Below, piece after piece: positions 18,783-28,691 of a stretch of DNA of 64,000 bases. The position numbers and the translations under genes were made by a program. The stretch's first letter is position 1. Each line of letters opens with the position of its first letter. Origin of the DNA: a virus; IMG/VR virus record IMGVR_UViG_3300020180_000015, positions 19,552 to 83,551 of that record. One strand, written 5' to 3'. Under the pieces are notes generated by a model. That model saw nothing but the letters and a program-made list of their open reading frames with translations. It was not told where the DNA came from and did not search any database.

Positions 18783-19430
18783 ATGCGCTGTGCAGCGAAG
18801 TCTAAGCAATCCGGCGAGCAATGTAAGCGCCACGCTACGCCGGGTAGAAACGTTTGCGTGATCCACGGCGGCAAGTCCCTCGCGGGACCGTTGTCGGCAA
18901 CGTATATCCACGGGCGCTATTCTAAGTACCTGCCACACGGACTCGCGGCGAAGTACGAAGAAGCCATAACCGATCCTGACTTACTGAACCTCTCCGGCGA
19001 GATCGCGCTCGTGGATGCGCGGGCGATGGAGTTGCTCTCTGCGGTGAATTCCGGCGACGCCCCGGCGCTGTGGGGCAAGTTACAAAAGGCATCGGGGGAA
19101 CTCACAGCCGCGCAACAGACGGGGGATGCGTTCAAACTAGCGATTGCGCTGAACGACATGCTCGACCTGATCCATCGGGGATCGGCGGAAGCGGCGCGTT
19201 GGCAGGAAATCTATAACCTATTTGAACGCCGCCGTAAGCTGGTGGACTCCGAGCGCCGCCGACGTGAAGCGATGCAAAACTCAGTGAACGCCGAAGGAAT
19301 GATGCTGCTTATTGCCGCAATAGCCGACTTGGTGAATCAGAATGTTACCGATCCTAAAGCCCGAACCGCCATTAGCGGAGGACTTGCTAACCTTATCTCT
19401 GCGCGAACTTCAACGACTCATCGATCCTGA
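18783..19430 (+). CDS. Putative terminase small subunit (HGGxSTG-type)
   Basis: RCAAK...C...C..HGGKS..HGRYS; precedes TerL. Confidence 0.7.
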   Translation: MRCAAKSKQSGEQCKRHATPGRNVCVIHGGKSLAGPLSATYIHGRYSKYLPHGLAAKYEEAITDPDLLNLSGEIALVDARAMELLSAVNSGDAPALWGKLQKASGELTAAQQTGDAFKLAIALNDMLDLIHRGSAEAARWQEIYNLFERRRKLVDSERRRREAMQNSVNAEGMMLLIAAIADLVNQNVTDPKARTAISGGLANLISARTSTTHRS

Positions 19431-20856
19431 TGCCGAGCAGCCGGCAGCGCCGCTATGGACGCCGTTGCCGGGTCCGCAAACGGATGCATACAATTCCCTT
19501 GCCGATGAGTTGTTCTACGGCGGCGCGGCGGGCGGCGGTAAAAGTTGGCTCGTGTTGGGGTTGGCGCTCACGGCGCATCGCCGCTCGATCATCTTCCGCC
19601 GCGAACACACGCAGTTAAGGCAATTGATCGACGACTCCCGCAAACTGCTTACAGGCAGGGGAGCGCGGTACAACGGACAGGATCACGTTTGGCGCGGCAT
19701 CCCCGGTGCGCGGATATTGGAGTTCGGCGGTGTGCCACACGAAACAAACGTGGAGCGGTATCAGGGTCGCGGTCACGACTTCAAAGCATTTGATGAAATC
19801 CCAACGTTCACCGGGCGTCAGTTCCGATTCCTGAAAGGGTGGATGCGTACCGATATGCCGGGACAGCGAACGCGCACGGTATGCACTGGCAACCCGCCGA
19901 CTGATCCAGAGGGGGAGTGGGTCGTCAAGTATTGGGCACCGTGGCTCGATGCCGATCACCCTGACTACCCCGAAATCCCCGGCAAGCTGCGCTGGTTTGC
20001 CGTCATCGGCGAGAGCGACGTTGAGGTAGAGTCAGGGTCGCCGTTCATGCACGACGGCGAAGAAATCCAACCCCAATCGCGTACTTTTATCCCTGCACGC
20101 ATTGAGGACAATCCGATCTACATGCAGACGGGGTATAAGTCTGTGCTGCAGTCCCTGCCCGAACCACTCCGCAGCAAGTTCCTATTCGGCGACTTCTCGG
20201 CTGCCGCAAATGATAACCCTTGGCAGGTGATCCCGACTGAATGGATACGGGCTGCACAAAGGCGATGGGACGGGATGGAGAAGCCCGAACTAGAACTGCG
20301 CTGCCTGAGTGCCGATGTCGCACGGGGCGGCGATGACAGCACGGTGATCGCACGGATGTTTGGGAACTGGATCGCGCCGTTGGAGAAGTTTCCCGGCAAG
20401 GACACGCCGGATGGGATCGCGGTCGCTGACTTGATCGGCAGCCGCTTGAGCGGCGATGCGGTCGCATTTATCGACGTGATCGCCGTTGGTACATCGCCGT
20501 ATGACATTCTACGGATGCGTAAGAAGCGCGTCTACGGTGTGAACTTCAGTACCGCGTCAACAGTGAAGGATAAAACGAGGACGCTTGAATTTAGCAACCT
20601 ACGCGCCGAAGTGTACTGGCGTGCGCGGGAAATGCTCGACCCCGCAAGTGAGTGGCAGATCGCGCTGCCGCCGGATCGTGAACTGCTGGTCGATCTCGCC
20701 GCACCGCGCTATTCGGCGGACGGACGCAAGGTGAAGATTGAACTGAAGGACGAGATCAAGAAGCGTATCGGCAGATCACCAGACAAGGGCGACGCTGTTG
20801 TTATGCTGCTGTGGGGGGCGTATATGGGCGCAGGGCGTTCGGTCAGGATGGTGTAA
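19342..20856 (+). CDS. terL: Terminase large subunit
   Basis: GGAAGGGKS Walker A, FDE Walker B, TGNP, DVARGGDD nuclease, RSPDKGDA; exact start uncertain. Confidence 0.93.
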   Translation: MLPILKPEPPLAEDLLTLSLRELQRLIDPDAEQPAAPLWTPLPGPQTDAYNSLADELFYGGAAGGGKSWLVLGLALTAHRRSIIFRREHTQLRQLIDDSRKLLTGRGARYNGQDHVWRGIPGARILEFGGVPHETNVERYQGRGHDFKAFDEIPTFTGRQFRFLKGWMRTDMPGQRTRTVCTGNPPTDPEGEWVVKYWAPWLDADHPDYPEIPGKLRWFAVIGESDVEVESGSPFMHDGEEIQPQSRTFIPARIEDNPIYMQTGYKSVLQSLPEPLRSKFLFGDFSAAANDNPWQVIPTEWIRAAQRRWDGMEKPELELRCLSADVARGGDDSTVIARMFGNWIAPLEKFPGKDTPDGIAVADLIGSRLSGDAVAFIDVIAVGTSPYDILRMRKKRVYGVNFSTASTVKDKTRTLEFSNLRAEVYWRAREMLDPASEWQIALPPDRELLVDLAAPRYSADGRKVKIELKDEIKKRIGRSPDKGDAVVMLLWGAYMGAGRSVRMV

Positions 20857-20911
20857 CCAAAAACCCGCCGTGCGGCGGGTGTGGGCGAACGTGGGGCGGC
20901 AGCGTCGGCGG

Positions 20912-21343
20912 CTAGTGTCCGGCGCAGATGTCGACGCGCCACACACTACCGGCAATTTGCCAGTCGATGTATCCGTCCCGTTCAAGCCGCCAGAGCGCCC
21001 ACTCGCGTTCTTTCCGATCCCGTTCTGTTGCCAAGTGATGCGATTCCGGGTAAACGTTCAGTGGCATGCCCCATTGCGGCGCATTGTTGATACTGTATCC
21101 GGAATGCGTCGCCAGTGCAGGACGCAGTATTTCAAACAAAACATCTGTCGGTAAATCGTAAACCGCAGTAAATTCCCGGCGATATTCATACTTCCCATCA
21201 ATGCGCGTCAGTATCCCGCACTCGACTGCACGTTTACGGTCTGCTTTCGATAACCGCCGCATGTCGAATGAAACGTTGTCGCGCCAAGCAGAGATCAGAT
21301 TAACAAGTGTGGTGCTCTTTAGCGGTGTGGTGACTTCAGGCAC
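20912..21343 (-). CDS. Hypothetical protein (antisense moron with own promoter)
   Basis: Minus-strand TTGACT-N17-TATCAT at 21409-21381 with operator. Confidence 0.6.
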   Translation of the reverse strand: MPEVTTPLKSTTLVNLISAWRDNVSFDMRRLSKADRKRAVECGILTRIDGKYEYRREFTAVYDLPTDVLFEILRPALATHSGYSINNAPQWGMPLNVYPESHHLATERDRKEREWALWRLERDGYIDWQIAGSVWRVDICAGH

Positions 21344-21487
21344 GGCGGCTTACCCCATTTATAATCTTTCACGTAAAGAAATGATAACTCTTGTTCGGTG
21401 TGAAGTCAAGCGGCAAACGAGCGTGTCTTGTTCAAACCAAAAGCCTCCGCTTATCCTATAGGGCAACAAAACAAGGAGATCAATCTG

Positions 21488-22015
21488 GTGACCGATGCAG
21501 CAGGGTTATTCCACATTCAGGACTTATGGCAGGAAATACTCCGGGATGCGATGCCGGATGAGCGCCGGGCGCGTGTTCACGTCGTCGGCACTGACGGAGA
21601 CGTGATCAAGGCAACTGTGACCCTTCGCACCGGGCGGGTGAGTATCGGATTTGCAGTGCCGACAGAAAGTGCCGGCGATCCGACGACGGTTGTAGTGCTG
21701 TTTAACCGAGCCGTTGCCGATGCGGGGTACGCCGGGAATATCAACGTGCGCGTGCCGCCCGTTTCGCAACTAGAGGAGTCGCCGGCGTTGACCGACGACC
21801 AGCGGCAGCAGATCGCAGCAACGCTCGGATTGCCGCCGCTTCATATCGCCGCCAGTGGCACTGTCACTGGTACTATGTTTGGCGTAGCCTACCCGTTGCC
21901 GATTGCGAATGGGGCGGTTGCTACGGCGATCTTCGAGATTGGTGACACAGACGTTAGCTCGACGCCCGATCCGGCAGTTAATCCACCCGTTGCCAAGCGG
22001 ACGCCGAAGAAATAG
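21488..22015 (+). CDS. Hypothetical protein
   Basis: AGGAG RBS, GTG start, late-type promoter upstream. Confidence 0.55.
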   Translation: MTDAAGLFHIQDLWQEILRDAMPDERRARVHVVGTDGDVIKATVTLRTGRVSIGFAVPTESAGDPTTVVVLFNRAVADAGYAGNINVRVPPVSQLEESPALTDDQRQQIAATLGLPPLHIAASGTVTGTMFGVAYPLPIANGAVATAIFEIGDTDVSSTPDPAVNPPVAKRTPKK

Positions 22016-22031
22016 CGACACTCTACAGCGG

Positions 22032-22065
22032 CTAAAGGCGGGGGTATCCCGCGCCGACTTGATGA
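22032..22065 (+). mobile_element. Isolated end remnant of the IS200/IS605-type element seen at 54610-54974
   Basis: CTAAAGGCGGGGGTATCCCGCGCCGACTTGATGA nearly matches 54944-54978. Confidence 0.65.
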
Positions 22066-22159
22066 TTTATGCACACCACTCGTTCTCGACGGTTGCAAAG
22101 TCGCTCTCTTGGTTAGGGCTATTCGTCGCTTGTTAGAACAGCGTTTCGGCGTATAATCT

Positions 22160-22362
22160 TGATCATACGGTACTCGCCCGACTTCGCGGGTATCGTTGGC
22201 GGCAGCGCACAGATAGCCCTACCGTGATGCCGTGTCGGGCAGTTGGACTTGCCGCAGTTTATGTCTGCTGCGCCCGGTTTGATAAAGACAATAGCCCCGT
22301 GCGAGCGAGCGCTCCCCCGGTTTCACTACGGGATAGCACTCTGCTTGTCGGGGTTTTTATTT
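22160..22362 (+). ncRNA. Candidate ~200-nt structured ncRNA
   Basis: TATAAT at 22152, several complementary segments, ends GGGGTTTTTATTT; no convincing ORF. Confidence 0.35.
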
Positions 22363-22434
22363 ACCGATGACTTGCTATTCATATTCTTTCACGTTAAAAT
22401 TATGGGTATCGAATTAAGTAGGACAGGGGTTGAA

Positions 22435-23325
22435 ATGGCGAACAAATCGGCGGCACTCGCTGCGGCGATCAATGGGAAATTAGCGGCGTGGCGTTTGAAC
22501 GCACCAGCGAAAGCGGACGCGGTCAAGTCGCTCGACGGATGGATACGGGACGCCGGGATTATCGGCGATGCTGCTGCAGTGGAGTATTTGAGGCAAGCCG
22601 TCGCAGCCGCCGAGAAGGTCGGCGCGGTGAAATCAGCATCGCCTTGGGGTAAAGTGATTAAGAGCGCCGCCGCCGCCGTGAAAGTACTCAAGGGCGCGAC
22701 TGTGAAAGCTGACGCGGTTACCGAGGGTCGTCGCATTGTGGGGCGGTTCCTAGCACGAAATCGCGGCACGGTACAGACGCCGGGCGACGTTGACGATCTG
22801 GTATCCAACATGCGCCGCTTGTTCGGCGGGACGCCGACGATGGTCGCATTGGGGCAGCCGCTTCAGTATCTGGATACGGTTGGCGACGATGCCGCCGCAA
22901 TCCCATATGTAGAGCGGGTACTACGCATTCTTAACCGTCTAGCGGTGAAAGCTGCGAAGGCTGAACCGACTGATGTTGACTTCTTGGTGATGTACGTGTC
23001 CAATGCGTCGGGGCAACGCCGCCAGTTAGTCGAGATAGTCAATGAAGGTGCGGAGGAGGGTGATATTCCTAAGCTACAAAGGATCGCCGACAGGGTTACG
23101 CAGAGCGCAGGGAAATTGCAGGGCGATGCTCGTGTGCAATCCGAGGGCATGGTACAGCAGATCAATGCGGCGATCACGCTTCTTCAGCGAGGGGATAAAC
23201 GCAGCGCGGAACTGCCGCTCGTGAGCGCCGAGACGTATGCCAATCGAATGCTTCTCGCGCTTGAACGACAGTTGACCGTAGCGAAGCTTGAGGCAGTGTT
23301 ACGGCGAAATCCAAGTCGCCGTTAG
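22435..23325 (+). CDS. Putative internal head protein, modular with repeated [VI]K[AS] sites
   Basis: Own promoter TTGCTA-N17-TAAAAT; AVKS, AVKS, VIKS, TVKA, AVKA separate helical blocks. Confidence 0.6.
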   Translation: MANKSAALAAAINGKLAAWRLNAPAKADAVKSLDGWIRDAGIIGDAAAVEYLRQAVAAAEKVGAVKSASPWGKVIKSAAAAVKVLKGATVKADAVTEGRRIVGRFLARNRGTVQTPGDVDDLVSNMRRLFGGTPTMVALGQPLQYLDTVGDDAAAIPYVERVLRILNRLAVKAAKAEPTDVDFLVMYVSNASGQRRQLVEIVNEGAEEGDIPKLQRIADRVTQSAGKLQGDARVQSEGMVQQINAAITLLQRGDKRSAELPLVSAETYANRMLLALERQLTVAKLEAVLRRNPSRR

Positions 23326-23411
23326 GCGAAAGCTAGTCGATCAATCCGATTCGGTGCGATTGCGATCATGACGACCATCGCTGCCGAGTTAAAAAAATAA
23401 GGGAGTCAGCG

Positions 23412-25667
23412 ATGCCATATATGGCAATTGAACGAGACGGTAAATTTATGGTGTATGTGAGGGGCGCCGACAACAAACCCAAAGGGCGATCTCGCGGCAC
23501 TTACACAGGCGATGATGCAAAGGATCAGGCGGCGGAGCAGTTAGATAACCTACGGACTGTCGAACGCGGCGAACAGCAAAACCGCCGTCGCTACAATGGG
23601 CTTGATCTAGCTCCGCCTTCCGGCGTCCGTGCTGCGTGTCAGCGAGGATTAGATCAAGAAGGCGGCACGGCGCTTCAGCGGCAAGCTGCCGAACTGATCA
23701 CGTCCGGTTCGCAGTTATCCGTTCTCGCGATTCGCACTGTTGCGCGGCAGTTTAATAAGTCGCGCAAGTCGGGTGACGACCAACAGCATCTGCTGCGCGG
23801 CGGCGATGCTGGCGCGGTGTGGTTCAAGACCATGGCGGCGGCACTCGATAATATGGACAGCGGCGTGAAGTCGGCAAAAGAAGTTGGTGAAGGCACGGAA
23901 CGACGCCGTGAACGCGATGGGCCGTCCGGCATGGGCTTCGGCAGCGGCGGCGACTTTCGTCCGATTGATTATGACGCCTTGTCTCGTGAGTCATCGCGCC
24001 TGCAAAGGATGATGACAAGCGGTGATCTCGGACTCCCTGCGGCGTTGGGCGCGTTTGAACGAACCGTGCGCGAGGCGGCGAGTTTTGCAGGGGGTAGCAA
24101 ACGACAGGCACTGTCCCGCGCCGCTGATGACATCGAGAAAGGCATTCCCCTGTTCAAGTCGCCGATGCCGTCCGATGATAACTCATCAGCAATGTCGCCG
24201 CACGAACGCGGCATCGCAATGTTGAAGAATGCATTCGTGGCAATACGAATCGTGGCGAGTGCAAAGGCGATCACGGCATCCAACGCAAGCGGCGCGGGGT
24301 TTAGCATACCGCCGGATGACGACGGACTAGGAGCGACGGTGAGTATGCGTAAGGGCATGGAGGTTTACGTGAAGTCCACTGGCGAGATCGGCACGGTGCG
24401 CGGCGTGAAGCGAGTCGGCGACGGCGTGCGTTACAAGGTCGAGACGCCGAGCGGGTTTACGATCTGCAGCCGCAAGGGGATTATGTCGGCACGGGCGAAG
24501 GCGATCAAAGAAGCTGCCGTTGCATGTGACACGATCCAGAAGGCAGCGGACGCTGAAACAGTCGATGCCGAAACAGTGAAAGCGGCGCTCAAGGCACTGG
24601 CGACCAGTTGGAAGATCGCCGATATGTCGACCCGCGAGAAGATGCAAACATCCTATGATGCGCTGATCGCCGCCCGTGCGATCCTGACGGCGTCGCCGGA
24701 TGAATCAGACTTGGCGAAAAAGTATCTGGCGATGGCGAAAGCAGGACTCGATCCTATTGCCGAAGAAGGTGTGAAGGCATCTTACGACAATGGGGTGAAG
24801 CGGGCTGTCCAACTCCTGCAGATGGTTCGGGCGAGTTTGTCAGTCGATTCTCAACCGCAGCGATTGGGGAACGTGCGACTTTTAAACAAAGTCGACGGAC
24901 TCCTTTCCCGATTGCTCACGACGGCATCGCCGAACGGACAGCGCGTGTTTCGCGGCATCCAAGAAACGCTGTCGCGGTTCACGGATAACGAGGAGTCGTG
25001 GTACCCGGCACAGACGCCGATCAGCGAGTGGGAGCAGGGGATCAGTGATGCTTTGCGGCAGATGATAGCATTTGCCGGGGGGAGGGGCATTAAGGCGGAA
25101 GGTGAAGTCGAAAAGATGCGCGAAGTATTGATCAGCGCGTACAACGACAGGATCATCACCGGAGATGAAAGTAAACAGCTTGATCAACTGCGTCACCAGA
25201 CGAAAAACCCGATCGGCGACCTCGATTACTTTGATTATTCGATCAACGCATACGGCACGAAACCTGAATATCTCGCCAAACGTAAAAAGGTACTGCAGCG
25301 ACTCAACAGCATTATTCGGAAGCGCAATCGCCTAGTCGACGAGATCAATCAGCGGGCGGCAAAACCTCAGACAAAGAATACGGCGGAAGCGGCGCTGAAG
25401 GCACTGCAGGACGTGGTCGGCGAGATCACGACCGCTGGAGCATCAACCGATGACCAGCAGGAGCGAATGCTTGAAGCCGTCGATACGTTACATCTGTACG
25501 CCGCCGCCGCCGGAGAAAAGGCGATCAAGAGCCTTGAGCCACTCGAAGAGGCGTTATACGCAGAACCTGACGACGGACTGAGCGAGTGGCAGCAGCGGGT
25601 TGTCAGCATGATCGAAGATTACCAAGCGAAGATCGCCAGTGAACCAGAACCAGAAGCGGTGACCTAA
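23412..25667 (+). CDS. Multidomain head-associated polyprotein-like protein
   Basis: Upstream of portal; small phage head-associated domains, an SH3/KOW-like segment and helical modules separated by GVKS, GVKA, GIKA, ALKA, AIKS. Confidence 0.65.
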   Translation: MPYMAIERDGKFMVYVRGADNKPKGRSRGTYTGDDAKDQAAEQLDNLRTVERGEQQNRRRYNGLDLAPPSGVRAACQRGLDQEGGTALQRQAAELITSGSQLSVLAIRTVARQFNKSRKSGDDQQHLLRGGDAGAVWFKTMAAALDNMDSGVKSAKEVGEGTERRRERDGPSGMGFGSGGDFRPIDYDALSRESSRLQRMMTSGDLGLPAALGAFERTVREAASFAGGSKRQALSRAADDIEKGIPLFKSPMPSDDNSSAMSPHERGIAMLKNAFVAIRIVASAKAITASNASGAGFSIPPDDDGLGATVSMRKGMEVYVKSTGEIGTVRGVKRVGDGVRYKVETPSGFTICSRKGIMSARAKAIKEAAVACDTIQKAADAETVDAETVKAALKALATSWKIADMSTREKMQTSYDALIAARAILTASPDESDLAKKYLAMAKAGLDPIAEEGVKASYDNGVKRAVQLLQMVRASLSVDSQPQRLGNVRLLNKVDGLLSRLLTTASPNGQRVFRGIQETLSRFTDNEESWYPAQTPISEWEQGISDALRQMIAFAGGRGIKAEGEVEKMREVLISAYNDRIITGDESKQLDQLRHQTKNPIGDLDYFDYSINAYGTKPEYLAKRKKVLQRLNSIIRKRNRLVDEINQRAAKPQTKNTAEAALKALQDVVGEITTAGASTDDQQERMLEAVDTLHLYAAAAGEKAIKSLEPLEEALYAEPDDGLSEWQQRVVSMIEDYQAKIASEPEPEAVT

Positions 25668-28636
25668 TGGGGTTGTTAAACGAGATAGGGCAAGTTTACG
25701 GCGACGGCGTGAAGGCTGCTGTGAAGTCGCTGAGTAATCTACCGCGCCGTCCGGCGGCGACACGCTACCAGCGTCAAGCGCCGTTTGTGCGCGGCGCTCC
25801 TGCTCGGCGGCAGCAGTCGTTGATCATCAATGACGAACTGCAGCACGCGGTCAAGTCCGTCTCGTATAGCGATTTCATAAACGACTTCATAAATGCCGAA
25901 GGTACGAACTGGCGGAACAATTACTCCGAACAGCAGATCGAGTCGGCGTATGCCACGTCGGTTTACCTGTTTGCGGCGATGCGCCGCGTGGCGAACCTGT
26001 TCTCCATGGTGCGCTTTGTCGCCGAAGTCGACAAGGGCGGCGATTGGCAGCGGCTGCCAGATACTCACCACTTAAATAAAATATTCACAGTCGCCGGCGC
26101 ACGGTTCATGTACCACCTGTATATGTATTACGCGCTCTACGGCACGACGCTTGTTTATAAACGCAAGACCCGTAAGGCACTCGCCGCCTACCAGCGTGGC
26201 AAACTAATCAGCGGGTATTTGGAGGGCGGGATCGCAGGATTATCGGTCATCCCTAATTCGCGCTGGGAGATATTCGAGGACGAGTATCAGGGCGAGATTC
26301 AGGGATTTAGCCTGAACGAGCCGATGGGCGAACTGAAGGCGGGGATGCGGGATCGGGACGAGTTCGTGTACATCCACGACTTTGACCCGCGCTTTTTGAA
26401 CAACGGCATCTCGATGGTAAGTCTAGCGATCAACAACGCGATCACCAATGCCGCCATCGCACGATGGGCGGCACACTACTTTATGTCCGGCGCTATGCCG
26501 CTGCTGCTCATCAGCACTGAAGAAGACCCGGCGATGCAGACCGAAGCGGACTTGATCCGGCAAAAGAATTTTATCGAGCGGGCGTGGCAAGGGTTGTTCG
26601 GCAAGTTTGCGATGCGTGCCGTATTCACGGATCGCAAACTGAACGTGCAGCAAGCCGGGATTGATGCCGAGAAAGTTCAAGCACCGGATTTGAACCGTGA
26701 CTCATTGAACGCCATCGCTTCGGTATTCCAGATCGCGCCGGATTTAATCGTCCCGCCCGAAGGCGGCAGCGACAACGCACGGCATAAGTTCCTCATGATG
26801 GATGCATTTCGTTCGGCGATCCTGCCTGTCGCATGGCAGATGACAGACGTATTCAATGCCGACATGGGGCTGCACGATGCGAACGTGCGGATCGTGGTCG
26901 CAGAAGATGAGATCACGGCGCTGGATGCAGATCGCGCCGACAATGCGACCACTGAAACAGGGCTGTTTACCTCCGGTATCCAGACGTTCGGGGAAACCCG
27001 TGACCAGATGCGCTTCAAGCCATCGCCGGGACTCAAGCTGCTGGAGAGCTTTATCAATATCAATGGGCGGCTTCAGTCGGTTGAGCGAGTCCTGCGGGAT
27101 GACCAACTGCCAAGCGACTTTATCATGCAGTACGCGCCGACTGCGTGGGATGCCGGGATCGTCAAGCGTTCCGAAGTGCGAAAGCTAATGTTTAATCTGC
27201 CGACGCCTGCCGCTGAGGACGGGTACAAGTATGAAGTAGTGCCAGACCCATCGGCGGGCGGCGGCTTCGGCGGAGGTGGTACGCCGTCACCAGAACCGCC
27301 TGAAAACGGCGGAGGTTCGCTTCCTGCGGGTGATCGTCCCCAACTGCCCGGCAAAACGCCACAGGGCGGCACGGTCGCGCCGACGGTCGCTCCGACGGAC
27401 GGTGACAAGGCAGTCGATCAAAATCGTCAAATTGTCGATTTTGCCGGGATCGAAAGCGCCGAGACGGATGGGCGGATCATCCCGGTGACTCCGGTTGCGC
27501 GTTTGACGGCGAGTGCCACACAGCAGCATTCGGCATGTGCGTTACTCATGATCGGCGACGACCCACTGATCCAGACGGTTGCCACGCAGTTAGAGATCAT
27601 GCTCGACGGCGTCCCTGCTATTTGGCAAGACCCTGAAACGTATCACTGTACCCTCGTTTACAGTGATCATGCGACGGACGACCAGATCGCGGCGGCGCAG
27701 AAACTTATGCCGGAATACATGCCGGACATCACTTTGCGCGTGGATGGGTTGATCACGTTTGAGACGCAGGATGGTTTGTGCATCGCGCTGCGTGTGGATA
27801 CGACGCAGGGATTGGAAGGGTTGCAGAGCCACACTCGCACGTCGTTCAGTAACGCGGCGCTGCCGATTTCGCCTTACTCTGCTTCGGGGGCGTATATGCC
27901 ACATATCACGCTGTGCTATGTGCCGGACGAGACTCCCGTGCCGGAATTCACCTGCGCGATCAGCGTCGTGCCGCAGTGTATCCAAGTCACCCGCGACGAG
28001 TACAAAGTGGTCTTTGAACTGCCGTCGATCCGCGAGGCAGCGGGGGACGACCCGAACCACGCGCACAACCGACAGATGCTGATCGACGACGCCGAGATTA
28101 CACGGCAGTTCGTGCAGTCGGCGCTGCGGACATGGCGCGATACGGGGGAGCCGGGTCCCGGCTTGAGCGACGCGGTCAAGAACGTGGTACGTGAAGCACT
28201 GGCGCAGGATGCGGCGATGGCGTGGGACGCCGCGCTGAAGGCGTGCGATGACGGGTACTTTGACGACAGCGCCGATTTGACGGACGGGCATAATCCGATA
28301 TTGGGTGTAATGGCAAAGGCGAAACTAGCGATGCAGGAAACACCTGAAGCCGAACTGGATGCGTGGGAACGCTCCGCGTTCCGTAATGGGGTATCGAAGG
28401 CGGCGAGTCGGTTTGAAGTGAACCTGCTACCATTGGCGCTTGAGCAGACGGTGAAGGCGAGACTTGCCGATGTCAAAACGAAAACGGAAATCAAACTCGT
28501 GTTCAATGACGCCCGTGCCGCACTCGCCGAGAGTGCGCCGAAGGCAGTGGACGAGGACTCGCTGATGGCATGGGCGGAACGGGTCGCCGGGATGGACGGG
28601 TTGGGCGACTTGCTCGACGATGACTTGACTTCCTAA
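25667..28636 (+). CDS. Portal protein fused to 2H phosphoesterase (Acb1-like)
   Basis: HK97-like portal N-half; Pro/Gly linker; YHCTLVYS (His at 27644) and PHITLCY (His at 27902). Confidence 0.85.
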   Translation: MGLLNEIGQVYGDGVKAAVKSLSNLPRRPAATRYQRQAPFVRGAPARRQQSLIINDELQHAVKSVSYSDFINDFINAEGTNWRNNYSEQQIESAYATSVYLFAAMRRVANLFSMVRFVAEVDKGGDWQRLPDTHHLNKIFTVAGARFMYHLYMYYALYGTTLVYKRKTRKALAAYQRGKLISGYLEGGIAGLSVIPNSRWEIFEDEYQGEIQGFSLNEPMGELKAGMRDRDEFVYIHDFDPRFLNNGISMVSLAINNAITNAAIARWAAHYFMSGAMPLLLISTEEDPAMQTEADLIRQKNFIERAWQGLFGKFAMRAVFTDRKLNVQQAGIDAEKVQAPDLNRDSLNAIASVFQIAPDLIVPPEGGSDNARHKFLMMDAFRSAILPVAWQMTDVFNADMGLHDANVRIVVAEDEITALDADRADNATTETGLFTSGIQTFGETRDQMRFKPSPGLKLLESFININGRLQSVERVLRDDQLPSDFIMQYAPTAWDAGIVKRSEVRKLMFNLPTPAAEDGYKYEVVPDPSAGGGFGGGGTPSPEPPENGGGSLPAGDRPQLPGKTPQGGTVAPTVAPTDGDKAVDQNRQIVDFAGIESAETDGRIIPVTPVARLTASATQQHSACALLMIGDDPLIQTVATQLEIMLDGVPAIWQDPETYHCTLVYSDHATDDQIAAAQKLMPEYMPDITLRVDGLITFETQDGLCIALRVDTTQGLEGLQSHTRTSFSNAALPISPYSASGAYMPHITLCYVPDETPVPEFTCAISVVPQCIQVTRDEYKVVFELPSIREAAGDDPNHAHNRQMLIDDAEITRQFVQSALRTWRDTGEPGPGLSDAVKNVVREALAQDAAMAWDAALKACDDGYFDDSADLTDGHNPILGVMAKAKLAMQETPEAELDAWERSAFRNGVSKAASRFEVNLLPLALEQTVKARLADVKTKTEIKLVFNDARAALAESAPKAVDEDSLMAWAERVAGMDGLGDLLDDDLTS

Positions 28637-28691
28637 TCTTTCGAGTTAAGATGTGTATCAATAGTGTGCTGAAAAGCGAAAGGGAAATACG

